Source: Podarcis pityusensis (taxonomy: Eukaryota). Taken from it: 64,000 bases of DNA. The notes beneath the pieces are model-generated. The model was given only the letters and a program-made list of their open reading frames with translations. It had not been told where the DNA came from and searched no databases. The translations under genes and the position numbers were made by a program. How positions within the stretch are numbered: the stretch's first letter is position 1; each line of letters starts with the position of its first letter. The DNA lies in assembly GCA_964106645.2 (NCBI GenBank), contig OZ067045.1; one strand, given 5' to 3'. Positions 35,073 through 48,228 of this stretch are shown here, piece by piece.

Positions 35073-38000
35073 TTGTTTTAGTTCCAAAAACAAAACACAC
35101 AACCATATCAAACAAACTCATGTTTTAAATTGGGGGGGGGGGTTGCAAGGAGCAGGTGTTAATCAGTTGGGGGGAGGGAAACCTTGGTATGGGATATCTT
35201 CATGTCATGTGAAATGGTCAGAAAAGCATCCAAGGAATGATGGCAGAAAATCACAGCTCTTGGGTCCTCACATTGCTCAAGCAGTGGTGGAGTTGAGTAT
35301 GGAATTGGCTCAGGGTTCCTGGTCCTCATGGTGCTTTTGGCAGGGGGACATTGTGTCCATTTCAGCAGGAAACATTTAGCCCTGTTTGAGGCAGGTCCCA
35401 TTTAACTAGAGCATGAATGCATGTGTACACACACAACTTCTGGTGTCACTGACCTCAGTTCTATGCTGGGTTCAGTCTAAACATCACAGGTCAGCTGCAG
35501 GCTAAATCAAATTTGACTTGTCACTGACCCGCAATAAACATTTAAAGTAGACATTCAAGCACAAATCACTGAGGCTGTGCGATTTGCGTGTGTAAAAAAA
35601 GTGTTCTCTGGCAGTTTCAAAGCAACACAACTTTTAGAGAAGTATTTAGGCTAAAGAGAAGGCAGCACCACTCATACATTAGCAACATGTGGGAGTTCAG
35701 TTGGTCGACGTTGAGATGTGTTATTAGGCAGTCTGTGGGCAGACTTTAAGCTTCACATATGTATAGCTATGAACTCCTGTATTTAAGCGTGTGTCATCAT
35801 CTGCTTTTATGTTCTTTGTCATCTTTCTGTCTATCTGCTCACTTGTGTACCCCCTGTAATAATGAAATATCCAAGGTACTATTCAGCTAGTGGGAGACGG
35901 GAACAATACCTTTGGACCATGCTAACAGTGCCACCTGCAGTCATGGTGCCGATTTTGCTCAAGGTCAGAAAGCAAGCCAGTGGGAAAGAAGGTTCTTGGA
36001 TCTGGCAGACTCTGCCAGGGCACAGAAGTGGCTGGCTTTCTTTGGGCAGCCTAGGCGAACATGAGTAGACTGGCCTCTTGCGGTGCATTTCCATGCAGCT
36101 GCCTGAAATCCTGTGATTGGTGTTGTGTCAGGACTTGTATTTTTGCAGTGTTTCCTAAGAGGACAGGCGTTAGAAGGACAGAGTGGCTCTTTATATGGCA
36201 CATGAGTCATTGTGGCGGGGAGCAATTTTCCATTCTTATTCCACTTGCTATGCCTCTTCCTTCTCTCGCCTTCCTGCATAAGCCTTCAGTGAGCCTCGCT
36301 TCACTTTCTTGGATGAGCAGCTTTTGATGTAAGTGGTGGGAGAATCCTTATGCTTTCTCTTTCTTGCTGTGTATTAAGAACAGATGGATCGCCCTCCAAC
36401 GAGCCTGTCTGCACCGTTAACACTTGATGAGCCCTGCCGCCACTCTGACTTAAGAGAAGGAGCACCGGGTGCCTCACTTGGCTGCCTCTTGGCAAGGGAG
36501 GAGCTGCTGGCGCCTCCCTGAGCGTTACAGTGCTATGTGGCTAATTGTCCTTGTTTATAGTGGTAATATCCCTCTGTGGGGCGTAGGTGGCCTTGACCAT
36601 GGAAGGACCAGAGGGATCGAGAAAGAAAAAAGAAATAGATGACTAGGAAGACAGACATGAAGGTGCCAGGAAGCTGGGGGGGGGGATCTGATGAGGGTTT
36701 GGTAGGAGTGCAGGCTACAAAAAAAAGAGAGCGAAGTCCATAGTTGACAACTAGAGCAGGCAGCTGCTTTGGGAAAGAGAATAGTCATAAGGTAGGGCAG
36801 GTTCCATTGTACTTCCCCTTCTTAATTGTGGTTGTGGACTGTGTAACTGGATGGGTTGTTTTTGTACAGAGGCTGCAGGTAAAACTGTGTTACAACCTGT
36901 GTTACAAAACTTTGGGAAGTATCCCATGCCTTGTAAAACAAGCTGTGTACAGAATAACTTGAAGGGTGCTTCTTATTTGCTTAGAAAGCCAAGGGTAAAT
37001 TGGCTGCAGACAGAATATTGCACAGAGGTTGATAGCTGCCTACCACAACCACAGCTGCTGCAGCTGCTAAGTAAACAATTTGGGAGTGGACTTGTTGCAT
37101 AGATGGAGAATCCTAGTTGGGGATCACATTTGGGTAGGAAATGCTATGGTACATCTCCTTGACAATTACATCTCATTGAGAGATGGAAAGCAGACATGCG
37201 CTAAAACACCCCCAAGAAACCCTCTTCTCTCAAAATTCGAAAGTAGCACTTGGAGTATTGTGAATTGGCCCTTGAATCCCAAGACCCTGGGCTAAATCTG
37301 GGGGATGCTGGCTGAGGAACTGATGCTGCTTCATTTCTTTTCTGTATCTAATTAGTTAATTTCCCATTCTTACTAGAGTTCTTCCACCACTTTGACCAGT
37401 TAGGGCTCAGGGTAAAGGCCAGGGGTTCCACAGAGTTTGACTGGTCTTTGTAGTGAACTAAACATTTCAGGTCATCTGGACACCTCCCCTCCCACAAGAG
37501 GCAGGTATTGTCTCTAGCCTTGTGCTGCACACTGAAAAGTCAATGTGAGGTCAAGGACAATGCCTAGCATCAAGCTTCGGACTCTGGTGTGTGTGTGTGG
37601 GTGTGGGTGTGTGTGGGTGTGTGTGTTTCTTGCAATTATACCGTGCTTTTCCAAACCCAGTGGGGAAACTGTTGTATCCTGCCTTTAAAACACACACACC
37701 TCTTTTTATCGGAATTGGAGAGGAGGTTTAGGGTTCTTGTTTTGTTACTGAACTTTAAAAGTGCTGTACCAGCACATATACAATTTTGCTCACCAGAGGT
37801 GAGCGCTCCACTTACTCTCCAGTGTGAAGGACTTTCTGAAGCCTCCAACAAACTCTCATGCACTGCGGTTTGGAGAAGGAAATAAATAGGAGACAGTTCT
37901 TCCCATGATTGTTTCATTAGTTATTCAAGTCCCAGGTACAAGTAAGACTGGAATCCTGCTGCTCCCTCCAGCCCTCTATGTGCTTGTTAGATAAATTGCT

Positions 38001-38547
38001 TGAGGGTGATTTATTTATTTATCCTTTAGTCCATTTATGGACAGTTTACTCTTCACTGAACTCTAAAGTGGAGTTCAATAAGGAAAATCCACATATAAAT
38101 AAAAAATACATCAATATGCAACAAGCACACTTTCAGACCATTTGCATTAATATATAAAAATACACAAACAATATCCACAACAACTTTATCTATATCCCTA
38201 AGATATATAGTTAAGAATGGATGGGAAGGAGAAATGGAAGCTCGGCTCATTATCTTAGACTTTTGGACCCCCTGATCAAAGTGGGCCTCAGCCATCCCCC
38301 CAGTCTTGGAGCTAGATAAGAGCATTCACCCACCCCAAATGCCTCTGACCTTACTGCACAGTTAGAGTGATGACCTTCTCTCTCATCCCCAGCTCTAAGG
38401 AAGGCTGGGGGCACCCAACCCTTGTCAGAATCCAGAGGCGTACTTGCCATAGCGAGCGTGGCAAGGGGAATTGTGGACCCCCTCCCCAGTGCCTATATTC
38501 TTGACATCATTGAGCAGCTCCTTGTCATTATCCTTCTGATGACAGCA

Positions 38548-38622
38548 TCCTGCATTGCAGGGGGTTGGGCAAGATGACCCTTGGGGTCCCTTCCAGCTCT
38601 ACATATCTGTGATTCTGTGATT
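38548..38622 (+). mobile_element. CR1-type 3' tail fragment
   Basis: 'cctgcattgcagggggttgg..agatgaccctt..cccttcca.ctcta' followed by (attctgtg) repeats. Confidence 0.75.
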
Positions 38623-38704
38623 TTGGTTGGGTAGAGAGATATGCAACACCTTCATGCCTGCCTGTGGGGCTCTTGCTCATGGAGGCAAGAGGGGAGCTTT
38701 GGCA

Positions 38705-38945
38705 GCGGCGCTAATAATGCTGGGGCCTGCCCGGCAATTGATTTAAATCATTTTATAGAGAAACCTATGCAAAATAAAAAGCCCTTAATCACATTTGTAT
38801 CCATTTCCAGCCTCGGTAAATCAATTTGGATTGAGCCGGGTGCCACACTTACAGCTTATTAGTGTGTGTCTATATGGTCAAATTAATGCTAGCCCAGGTT
38901 CACCTAATGGGGTCGCTGCCATTAGATTTCCTGCCTAAGCCTGCA
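38705..38945. promoter_or_regulatory. Candidate conserved enhancer rich in homeodomain/PBX-HOX/POU sites
   Basis: TGATTTA, TAAATCA (x2), TAATCA, ATGCAAA and multiple TAAT/ATTA with retained CpGs in TE-free sequence. Confidence 0.4.
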
Positions 38946-39068
38946 TAAGCTGCAGCATTTCAAGAAAGAAAGAAAGCTGCAAGAGGAGTTGGTGAGAGCG
39001 CCAAGACGTGAAGGGCAAAGGCTAATGGCACTTCATCAGCGGCACAGCTTTCTATGGCTTCTACCTTT

Positions 39069-39259
39069 GGGGACGGGCCATGGCTCAGTGGCAGACTGGC
39101 TGCTTTGCATGCTGAATGTTGTAGGTTCAGCCCCTAGCATCTCCAGGTAGGGCAGGGAATGTACATTGTCTTAAGTCCTAGAGAGCTTCTGCCTCTCAGT
39201 TTAGACAATACTAGATGGACTGTGGAGTCTGTCTCGGTATAAGGCAGCTACTTACATTC
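39069..39259 (+). mobile_element. tRNA-derived SINE (11968 family)
   Basis: 'gggacgggccatggctcagtggcaga...ggttcagccc...tcggtataaggcagct'. Confidence 0.75.
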
Positions 39260-40707
39260 ACATGCCTGCTCATTTATTTTCTCCCTGATGTGGCCTCCCT
39301 GGCAGTGAGGAGAGGGAGTCTGGCACACATGGGCTGTGACCTTCAAAGAGGGGTTGCTGTCTCTGAAGCAATCCCACCCACCCACCATGTAGGTAAAGCC
39401 CTGGCATGCTCCCCTGGTGGGAGCAGCAAGTTTCTGATCAGTGCTGAGTGTCAGACTTATCATTTAAATTTGCAGCAGTGCCCCCTGTTGTAGCATCATT
39501 CTGGGAAATTAGGATGGTTCTTCCCAGAGCCAGCTGTCTGGTGCTGTTTAGAGCACTGGAAAGCAAAAAAAATTCAAGCGTGTGGTAGTTCTGCCCAGGG
39601 CTAGCATTAATTCTGGCAACTCTCAAGGTTGCTGTGTGCTGACACCAGGCCTGACTCAAACCAGGAAAAGACCATATGCAAACCTTCACACAGTGCCAAA
39701 CAGAAGCCTGGCTTAGTATGTCTTAGTAGGTCTTGCAGTGGTCAGGGTTCAGGCTGCTACCCCTTCTGTTGCTCCTTGCTCTGTCCCTGTGGCCAGCAGC
39801 AGCAGAATACCTTATGCAGATTTGCATATGGAAATTTATAGGGGTTACATAATTTATTTTGTGTGTACAGAATTCAAGGCTTTCTTCAACCCTGCTTACG
39901 ATGCTGCATGTGCAGCTCAAAGCATGATGGGAAGTTGGAGGTGGTGGCTCACCTGCAAGGATTAAACAAGGGCAGGTATTTTCAACAGAGGGTGCTGGGG
40001 AAACAGCTGATGGAGCACCTTAATTCCCCTAGCGGCAGCTTTCCCTCCTTCCTTTTCCCTCTTCTCCCCTCCCCTCCCTTTCATGTAGGTCATACAGCAG
40101 ATAGCCTAGTACATTTTCCACCCGCCCATGCTCCACACGTTGTGTACTGAATTCCTCTCGCACGCTCAATTATTTATAATTATAGCTTTAACAGGCTCTG
40201 GCACTGTGTCCTGTCCCATTAAGGGAAAGGGAATGGTATAGGGGGTGGAGGGGAGAGAGAGAAGAACTTGCATAGCCGGCATTGTCAGTATGCTTCCCTC
40301 ACTGTCGACATTGAGAATGCAGAAACCTCCAGCTTGCAGGCCCTCCCCAGTCTTTTCCACCACAGGCAGCTCAACTGCCCTGTCCAATGCAGAAGCTTAA
40401 TTACTAGTGAGTATTGCAGCACAGAAATGGAGAGTGGGGTGTGGAAGGTGTGCAAGGAGATAGATGAACACTGAAAATATCTGCATTAAAGCAGATACCC
40501 AATTGCACACTGTGTCCTTGGGAAACCAATTAGGGCACCTTGTGTCACAAGGGGTTGGGAAGCTTTGAAAGCCACTGTTTTAGCACTCTGGGTCCCTACA
40601 CTCCCATTTCCTAAGCAGAATTGTCAAAGGTCTCTGTCTCTCATTACTTTTCAAAATCGTGTGTCAAGAGTTCTTGCCCAAGCAGTTTTGTGGGGAAAGA
40701 AGCCTTC

Positions 40708-41846
40708 TAGAATCATAGAATCATAGAATCATAGAATCATAGAGTTGGAAGAGACCACAAGGGCCATCGAGTCCAACCCCCTGCCAAGCAGGAACACCAT
40801 CAGAGCACTCCTGACATATGGTTGTCAAGCCTCTGCTTAAAGACCTCCAAAGAAGGAGACTCCACCACACTCCTTGGCAGCAAATTCCACTGTTGAACAG
40901 CTCTTACTGTCAGGAAGTTCTTCCTAATGTTTAGGTGGAATCTTCTTTCTTGTAGTTTGGATCCATTGCTCCGTGTCCGCTTCTCTGGAGCAGCAGAAAA
41001 CAACCTTTCTCCCTCCTCTATGTGACATCCTTTTATATATTTGAACATGGCTATCATATCACCCCTTAACCTCCTCTTCTCCAGGCTAAACATGCCCAGC
41101 TCTCTTAGCCGTTCCTCATAAGGCATCGTTTCCAGGCCTTTGACCATTTTGGTTGCCCTCCTCTGGACACGTTCCAGTTTGTCAATGTCCTTCTTGAACT
41201 GTGGTGCCCAGAACTGGACACAGTACTCCAGGTGAGGTCTAACCAGAGCAGAATATAGTGGCACTATTACTTCCCTTGATCTAGATGCTATACTCCTATT
41301 GATGCAGCCCAGAATTGCATTGGCTTTTTTAGCTGCCGCGTCACACTGTTGGCTCATGTCAAGTTTGTGGTCAACCAAGACTCCTAGATCCTTTTCACAT
41401 GTACTGCTCTCAAGCCAGGTGTCCCCCATCTTGTATTTGTGCCTCTCATTTTTTTTGCCCAAGTGCAATACTTTACATTTCTCCCTGTTAAAATTCATCT
41501 TGTTTGTTTTGGCCCAGTTCTCTAATCTGTCAAGGTCGTTTTGAAGTGTGATCCTGTCCTCTGGGGTGTTAGCCACCCCTCCCAATTTGGTGTCATCTGC
41601 AAATTTGATCAGGATGCCCTTGAGTCCATCATCCAAGTCGTTGATAAAGATGTTGAATAAGACCGGGCCCAAGACAGAACCCTGTGGCACCCCACTAGTC
41701 ACTCTTCTCCAGGATGAAGAGGAACCATTGATGAGCACCCTTTGGGTTCGGTCAGTCAGCCAGTTACAAATCCACTGAGTGGTAGCATAGTCAAGACTGC
41801 ATTTTACCAGCTTCTTTGCTACCACTCAGTGGATTTGTAACTGGCT
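40708..41846 (-). mobile_element. Young 5'-truncated CR1 LINE with fold-back inversion at its 5' end
   Basis: (ATTCTATG)4 tail at 40708-40739; short 3' UTR; open RT frame; 30-bp inverted copy at 41817-41846. Confidence 0.95.
40800..41819 (-). pseudogene. CR1 ORF2 C-terminal fragment (reverse transcriptase), uninterrupted
   Basis: [54 protein letters not shown] and LEKRRLRGD motifs typical of CR1. Confidence 0.95.
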
Positions 41847-43051
41847 CTTTGTGACTGTGGCACCAAGACCTTGCTCCACTAAATGGAAGAAGTTAAGAAG
41901 TTCCACTCTGGACCTATCTAGTCCAGCATTCTGTTTCCTACAGCGGCCAATTAGATATCTCCTAGAAGCCTATAAGGGGACCAGGAAAGCAATAGCCCCC
42001 ACCCCCTGCTGCTGATCTCCAGTGCCTGCTATTCCTCTCATCCTTGAGATAGCACATAACCATCATGACTAGCTGTCCACGATAGCCTTAGTCTGCTATG
42101 ATCTAGCCTAGCAATCCTTTGATAGTGCCAGAGCTTATTAGGCAGGTGAGGGAGGGTTCTGTGCCTTCCTTGGCCAACTGACCAATCCCTCTCGGGCCTT
42201 AGCCTTGATTTTCACTCTGGGTTCTACAGGGAGAGTGGCTTTTGGAGTGGCATCTCTTCCAGCAGTTGAGAAAGGCTCCTGGGACCAAAAGGTAATCCCA
42301 TAGTTTGGAAGAAGGGTGGGCTATAAAATCAATACATGGATGGATGGATGAATATTGGAAAAAAGGTGTGGTGGCAGGATGACTAATATTATTATTATTA
42401 ACACCATCATCAATTTATTAATTTTCTTCCATACAAGCATCTCAAGACAACAGACAATAAAAAACAGCAAAAACAGCAAAGTTTTAAAAACTCAGCAGCT
42501 ACGGATATAACCATACAAAATAGGCATTTGTGGCAAAGACCCTTTTATGCATATGGGAAAGCCTGTTAGAACAAAGACCTCTTCAGTTGTTTATAGAAAG
42601 TGAAAATAGTGGTTACCTGCCCTGGAAGAGGTCATTCGTCAGGGTAACCAAGGCAGATTCAGTCCCAAACCCAGGTCTGAACCCAGGTTGGAATGGGGCT
42701 AATGATGAATTTTCACCAGGTCAGGTTGTTTAGGGCCAGGGGGCAGTTTTTGCCCCCCCCCCCCCGGTCTTCCAGCCTCTTGCAGTGAACATGCTCTTTG
42801 CTTGTGGGGGAATTTAATCTGGTTGATCTGCAAGGAGGGGCGGCATGTATAATCTTGCCTTTTGGGCAAGGAGTTAATTAGGTGCTCCTCTGGCTTAGTG
42901 ATTCTATGGATTGCCCAGCTAGCTCAATGTCAGAGGTGAAACCATTTTGGCAATCTAATCTGGTCTTTCTTCATACCTGCTGCCCCATCCCCCACTCCAT
43001 AACTGTCTCTCTTCTCTCCCCACATCCTCTGATTTTCTGCTGTTTATGTGG

Positions 43052-43056
<5 letters not shown>

Positions 43057-43087
<31 letters not shown>

Positions 43088-43365
43088 TCTCTCTTTGTGT
43101 GTGGTGTGGGGGGGTGGGAAGCAATAAACAGATCTTTGCATCTGGTGGCTGCTTAATTTGTTTTCAATAGGTTTCAATCAATTAAATGCAGTCCTGGGGA
43201 ATGGGGGAAAGTGCAGCAGTAATTGGCTAAAATAAATCACTTGGCTCTTCCCCGGGCAGCCGTAGCTGAGGCAGGAGGCAGAAATTACTTTGCTTCTTAA
43301 TCAATGCAAAGGAGGCATTGAGGGTGGTTTGGTTTTGTGGGTTGTGTGTGTTTTTCCCTTTTCTG

Positions 43366-43416
<51 letters not shown>

Positions 43417-43567
43417 ACACACACATCCATGCAGCCCTGGGAGAGCCAGGCAGGGTGTGCTGGCTCATGGTGTGCCAGTGATTAATGCACCTCCCTTGTG
43501 TCTGGTGTCATGGCCTCTGAGACTATGTTATCCTGAGCTGCTGCCCCCATTTTCTTGCCACCCTTCC

Positions 43568-43602
<35 letters not shown>

Positions 43603-43620
43603 TTATTATTATTATTATTT
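43057..43620. repeat. Microsatellite cluster: (CA)n 43057-43085, (GA)n 43370-43412, (TC)15 43571-43600, (TTA)n
   Basis: Direct reading. Confidence 0.9.
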
Positions 43621-44280
43621 TCCCTGCGAGATTTTCTCTACCTTCAAGGCTGCCTGCCTCTCCATTGCCTCTTCCTTTGTACTCTGCAGGCAGTGCTTAT
43701 GTACAGCATCTGCGGCAGAGCAGGGAGCCGGGAAATCAAGGCTGGGAGGTGAAATTGACAAGGTGGTTAAACTGCCTCAAAAGCCGGGTTCCTTCCTCTT
43801 CGCTCCTGCTCCCGCCTCCTCCGTGGACTCTGAGGGCTGCCCACATGAGCTGCAGCGAAGGTCGGGCTTTTTCCCAGCTTGGATGAAGTGCCTCGAGAGA
43901 TGCTCCACTTCTCGAGTGCAGCCTTCTGCCCTCAGCTCTCAGATGGCTTGTGCTTTGAAATATTTCCTGCCTGCCCTTTCCCCCCTCTCGCTTTGGCTCT
44001 GCAAAGTTCCAGGCACTGCTCATTTCTTCTCACTGAGGAGCCTTGTAATAGATGGCCGCTTTGGATGAAATGCTTCCTTGTGAATGCTTTAAAAATGAGA
44101 TGTACGGAAGTGACTAGAAAAAAATGGCAAAGTTAATGTTGAAAGGAGCAGACATGGAGGCCAGTGCTGTGTCCAGAAAACAGCTGATGCATCTTAGCAG
44201 TTGTATCAGTAAGCACTGGGCTGTAGGCAGTCAGTGCAAAGCCAAGGTTAGGCACCTGTGTGATTTGGGACAATGTTGCC

Positions 44281-44463
44281 CAGGAATAGGGAACCTTAGA
44301 CTCAGGGGCCAAATGTGATCCTCCAGACATCTCTGCCTGGCCCTCAGGACTCTCCCTGGGTGACGCATCCCTGCTTTGCACCCTCCTGACTGTTTTTGCC
44401 TGCCTCAAGTATGTTTTTGAATTCTGACAATGCTTCCTGCTTGACTGTATGGTGAGGATGCAG

Positions 44464-44512
<49 letters not shown>

Positions 44513-44657
44513 ACTAGCCTACTGTACAAAGGTAAAGTTCATGTTAGTGGATCTACCCCCTTTTGCCTCTGTCCCTGTGCACCACTGGCATGTGCCCTAC
44601 AGTAAGTTACCTTGAAGGGAATGTGGCCTGTGGGCTGAAAAATGTTTCCCATCTCTC
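44281..44657. mobile_element. hAT-type non-autonomous element containing a (GT)n tract
   Basis: Ends 'caggaatagggaacct' / 'atgtttcccatctct'; (GT)n 44467-44508. Confidence 0.55.
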
Positions 44658-44989
44658 TTCATAGCCATTGCCCCAATCAAGCCTGCCAGTAAGCCATTCC
44701 CTTGGGTATTCTGTGGAGATAATTGTCTCTAGCAGAGGTAGAGAGTCCAGGGCCTTCTGGTTGTTGTTTGGGCATTACCTATTGCGAGCCTGGCTGATAT
44801 GCAGGGATGGTGGATGTTGTGGTCACAGATTCCTCACCACTGCTTTTCAGGCAATCAAGCCAGAAGGCTGTATAAATATGAATGTGTTTCTTATAAACCC
44901 CATATGGATCAACACAGGTGTGTTTGGTCAGTTGAACTAGTAGTCCCCCCCCCCCTTATATGTTAACACGCTGGATGGGAGTAATGTTC

Positions 44990-45323
44990 CGTGTGCAGTC
45001 TGACTGCCATCTTCAAAGGCCTGTTGCATACGTAAATGATGGAGAAGCTTTTTGCTGTTGCTCCAGAAGGTAGATCTTGGAACCAATGAGTTAAAATCAG
45101 AATAAAAGGAACGGGCTAAATGTCAAGAGGAATGTCCTGAAAGTATGAGGTGTACCGACAGTTGAGCGGACAACCAGATTTTATCTTCTGTATTTCTTTT
45201 GCAACCTTATTAAGCACTGCTTAGCTGTGGGAGAGGAACAGGAGTCTCTTAACAACTCTCAGCACCCATAACAAACTACAGTTCCCAGGAATCTTTGGGA
45301 AAAGCCATGACTACTACTACTTC

Positions 45324-45361
<38 letters not shown>

Positions 45362-45595
45362 GCAGCAGTAGTAATATTAAATTTGTATACCACCCTTCAG
45401 ATGGTATACAGATCTTAGGGTGGTTCACAACATAAAAATACGAAATGAGAACACAAAAGACATAATAAAACAAAAACAAACTAAGTGGTATCATAGTGTA
45501 TGGTGCAGATGTGGCCTTGATGAATCTCCTGGATTGGAAGGGGATTGTAGATGTAGACATTTTGAGGTTCCTTTCAGCTGGGTGATTCTATGAGA
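44990..45595 (+). mobile_element. Old CR1 3' remnant interrupted by a Harbinger-like MITE, itself interrupted by an L2-type tail plus (ATT)n
   Basis: CR1-like 'tttgctgttgctccagaaggtaga..aaccaatgagtt' resumes as 'gaggttcctttcagct..tgattctatga'; MITE ~45215-45516 ending 'tatggtgcagatgtggcc'. Confidence 0.55.
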
Positions 45596-47776
45596 CTGTT
45601 CCTCTGGCAAAAGGGAAGTGTTTATAGTTGGGCTAGTCTGGGGAGAGAAAACTGGCTTTAATAACCACAATAGTTTCTTGCTTCTACTCTACAGCCGGCA
45701 GTGGCTCACAGCAATAGACACCAGCTCCCCACCTGGGCGGTCCCCAGTTCAAGTCCCAACTGCTCTGACTTTTTTACACCGACAGTGCACATAGCACAAA
45801 CAGTTGCTCCCCTCGTACAGACATTTTCAGAAATCTAGGGTTTGTTGTAAAAATGCACCTGAATGAGGTGGGAGAATCCTGTTGGCAGAGTGGGCTTTAC
45901 CATTTCAGACTGCAAGTAGGGGAAAACCCCTTTAAAAAATGTTCCCTTGTATTAAAAAACAACAACCTTCCTACAAGAATTAAACCAACTTATCAGAGAG
46001 CACAACCAGCCGTCTCCCTGCTTTGTTGGTCTTTTAGTTGTGAATACATCTTGTGATGGGGAAAGCATTAAAAAGTGTGTCCATCTTCCTTCCCAGTCAT
46101 TGTTCAACCTTGGGGCCATTATACTGCATGCCTAGATCCATTCTAGGAAGGAACTGGTAGGGCCAGAAGCAACTCTGTGGCAACAGGTCTTTGGAACGTT
46201 CCCCATAGCTTTAAATTGTTAATCTCCCACACGCTCCTTGTTGCCCCACCTCTCCCAAGAAATATCTAGGAGCTAATGAAACCTCTGTTTGATCTTGCAA
46301 CAGATCCCAAGGTATTGCAACAGGAAAACGGTATAAACCTAATTAGCTACCATGCACAAACTGCCAGGAACAAGTGCACATAATTTCAAGGGGGGTGGGG
46401 GATCAGCACAAAATGTTGTGATGTGTAAAATGTTGCCAAGGTACTTCTGTGCACCAATGGAAGCAGTGAGGCACTGGGGCTTCTTTTAACTGAGCCAGTT
46501 GAACTCAAATCTGTTTGACGTTTTTCTGTGGTCCGTATTGCCTTGCAATTTCTACTGGTTAACGAAGTGTTCTTTTTTTTCTCTTCAGGGGAAAAAAATA
46601 CCCCTTGATCAGAGGAGGTCATTGCCTCTGCAAAATTATAGTTGTAAGAACGTTGGGAGGGGGCTGCTCCTATGAACCTGCCAGCAATTATGTGAACACA
46701 GCACTTTTGATTGCTCCATTCCAATTAATTAAACACAACGGTGACCCAAATTATGATCTCTTGGCTCTGAGAGTGTGGTATTTTTAACCTTAACTGTCTG
46801 GGGCTGTGTTTAGATTTCAAACCCAGGCAGAAGTGTCACCCAGGGAGAATGGCTGGTTGTTGAGCTGAACTTTGCGGATGACAAAACCCGCAATTAGACA
46901 CCGCAGTGTCCCAGAGACAGGTCCTTAAAGCTGTCGGAAGCCAGGATCCCGTCATTTGATACAGGTCTGTCATTATGCTGCTGAACCTATTAGCTTCAGG
47001 TAAATAACCCGTCATGCCAGGGACAGAAAGCAGGCAGGCTGGGGAATTCTGTAGCCTCCTAATTAGGAGCTGTGGTGCAAAAAGATGGATGACTTCCATC
47101 CCTTAATTTCCTTCATTAGGGAGAAGTTTCAGGAGTTCCTACTCCAGTGCTGAGATGGCAGTTTTCACCTCTCTTAATTTTGATTCCACAACTCTTCGCT
47201 ATTCTATGGTGCATTGTTTGTTTGAGCTGCTTTTGCGCTTCTTGATTTCAGTAGATGGGGCTGCAGACCCAGCTTGCACCTGTGTTAACTTTCAGGTTTG
47301 TATAAATGACTCTGAAAATTACTGTCCACATTGAACTGATTTAGGTCTTTCCCAAATTTTTCGGTTTCATCTTGTCCTGCAAAGGGCACGGGAATGTCAC
47401 TCTCTCTGAACCCCCCCCCCCCGCCTTTTGGAAGAGGGAAGAAAGGAAAGCAAGACCTGTATAGCTTTTGGGTAACATAGGAAACTGCTTTATACTGAGC
47501 CAGAGCACTGGTCCATCTAGCTCAGAATTGTCACACAGACTGGTAGCAGTGCAAAGGATGGTGTTTACTTCACCAGCTACCTTCTGCCAAGCATGCATTA
47601 CTCAAGTGGACCTCTGGACATAGCAGGATTTTTATTTTATTTTTGCACAATAGTTGGCCACTCATTGACCCTCCAGTGTTGTGGACCCAAGACTGCAGAA
47701 CTCCCTTTTGACTGAGATTAAACACTTTCCTTGGTGAATCATGACCAAGACGTTTCCAGCAGACATTTTATCTGTT

Positions 47777-47975
47777 CTTATTTATTTATTACATTTCTAT
47801 CCCACCTTTCCTCCAAGGAGCTTTAGATGGTGGCATACCTGGTTCTCCCATTCCCATTTTATCCTTACAACAACCCTTTGAGGTAAAGAGATGGTGACTA
47901 TCTCAAGGTCACCCAATGAGCTTCATGGCTGAGTGTGTGTGGATGTGAAGCTCTTAACCACTCTACCATGTTGGC
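47777..47975 (-). mobile_element. tRNA/CORE-type SINE
   Basis: Reverse complement of the 17045 family with (TTTA)n tail. Confidence 0.7.
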
Positions 47976-48228
47976 AGTGTTGTAGTGTCTGGTTATATGG
48001 TGAAATTTTATTTATTTATTTTCTTTGTGGTTCATTTTTATTCACACTGCTTTTAAATGCTAATTAAGCAGGGTAGAAATGTTTTAAATAAAATTAATAA
48101 ATAAATAACATAAACCACTGGATTTAATTATTTCCAAGTGTTTCTATTGCAGCCTTAATAGAAGAAAAACAGTCATTACTAAAAATAGAAGAAAAATAGT
48201 CTTTACCCAAAGTTGGACCGTGATTATA

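Noticed and set aside
41820-41825. Start codon for the 341-aa CR1 ORF
   Set aside because: The 'MV' start comes from the inverted duplication; the element is 5'-truncated and has no promoter.
43337-44068. 243-aa ORF
   Set aside because: It runs through (GA)n, (TC)n and (TTA)n repeats, has a non-ATG start and no recognisable domain.
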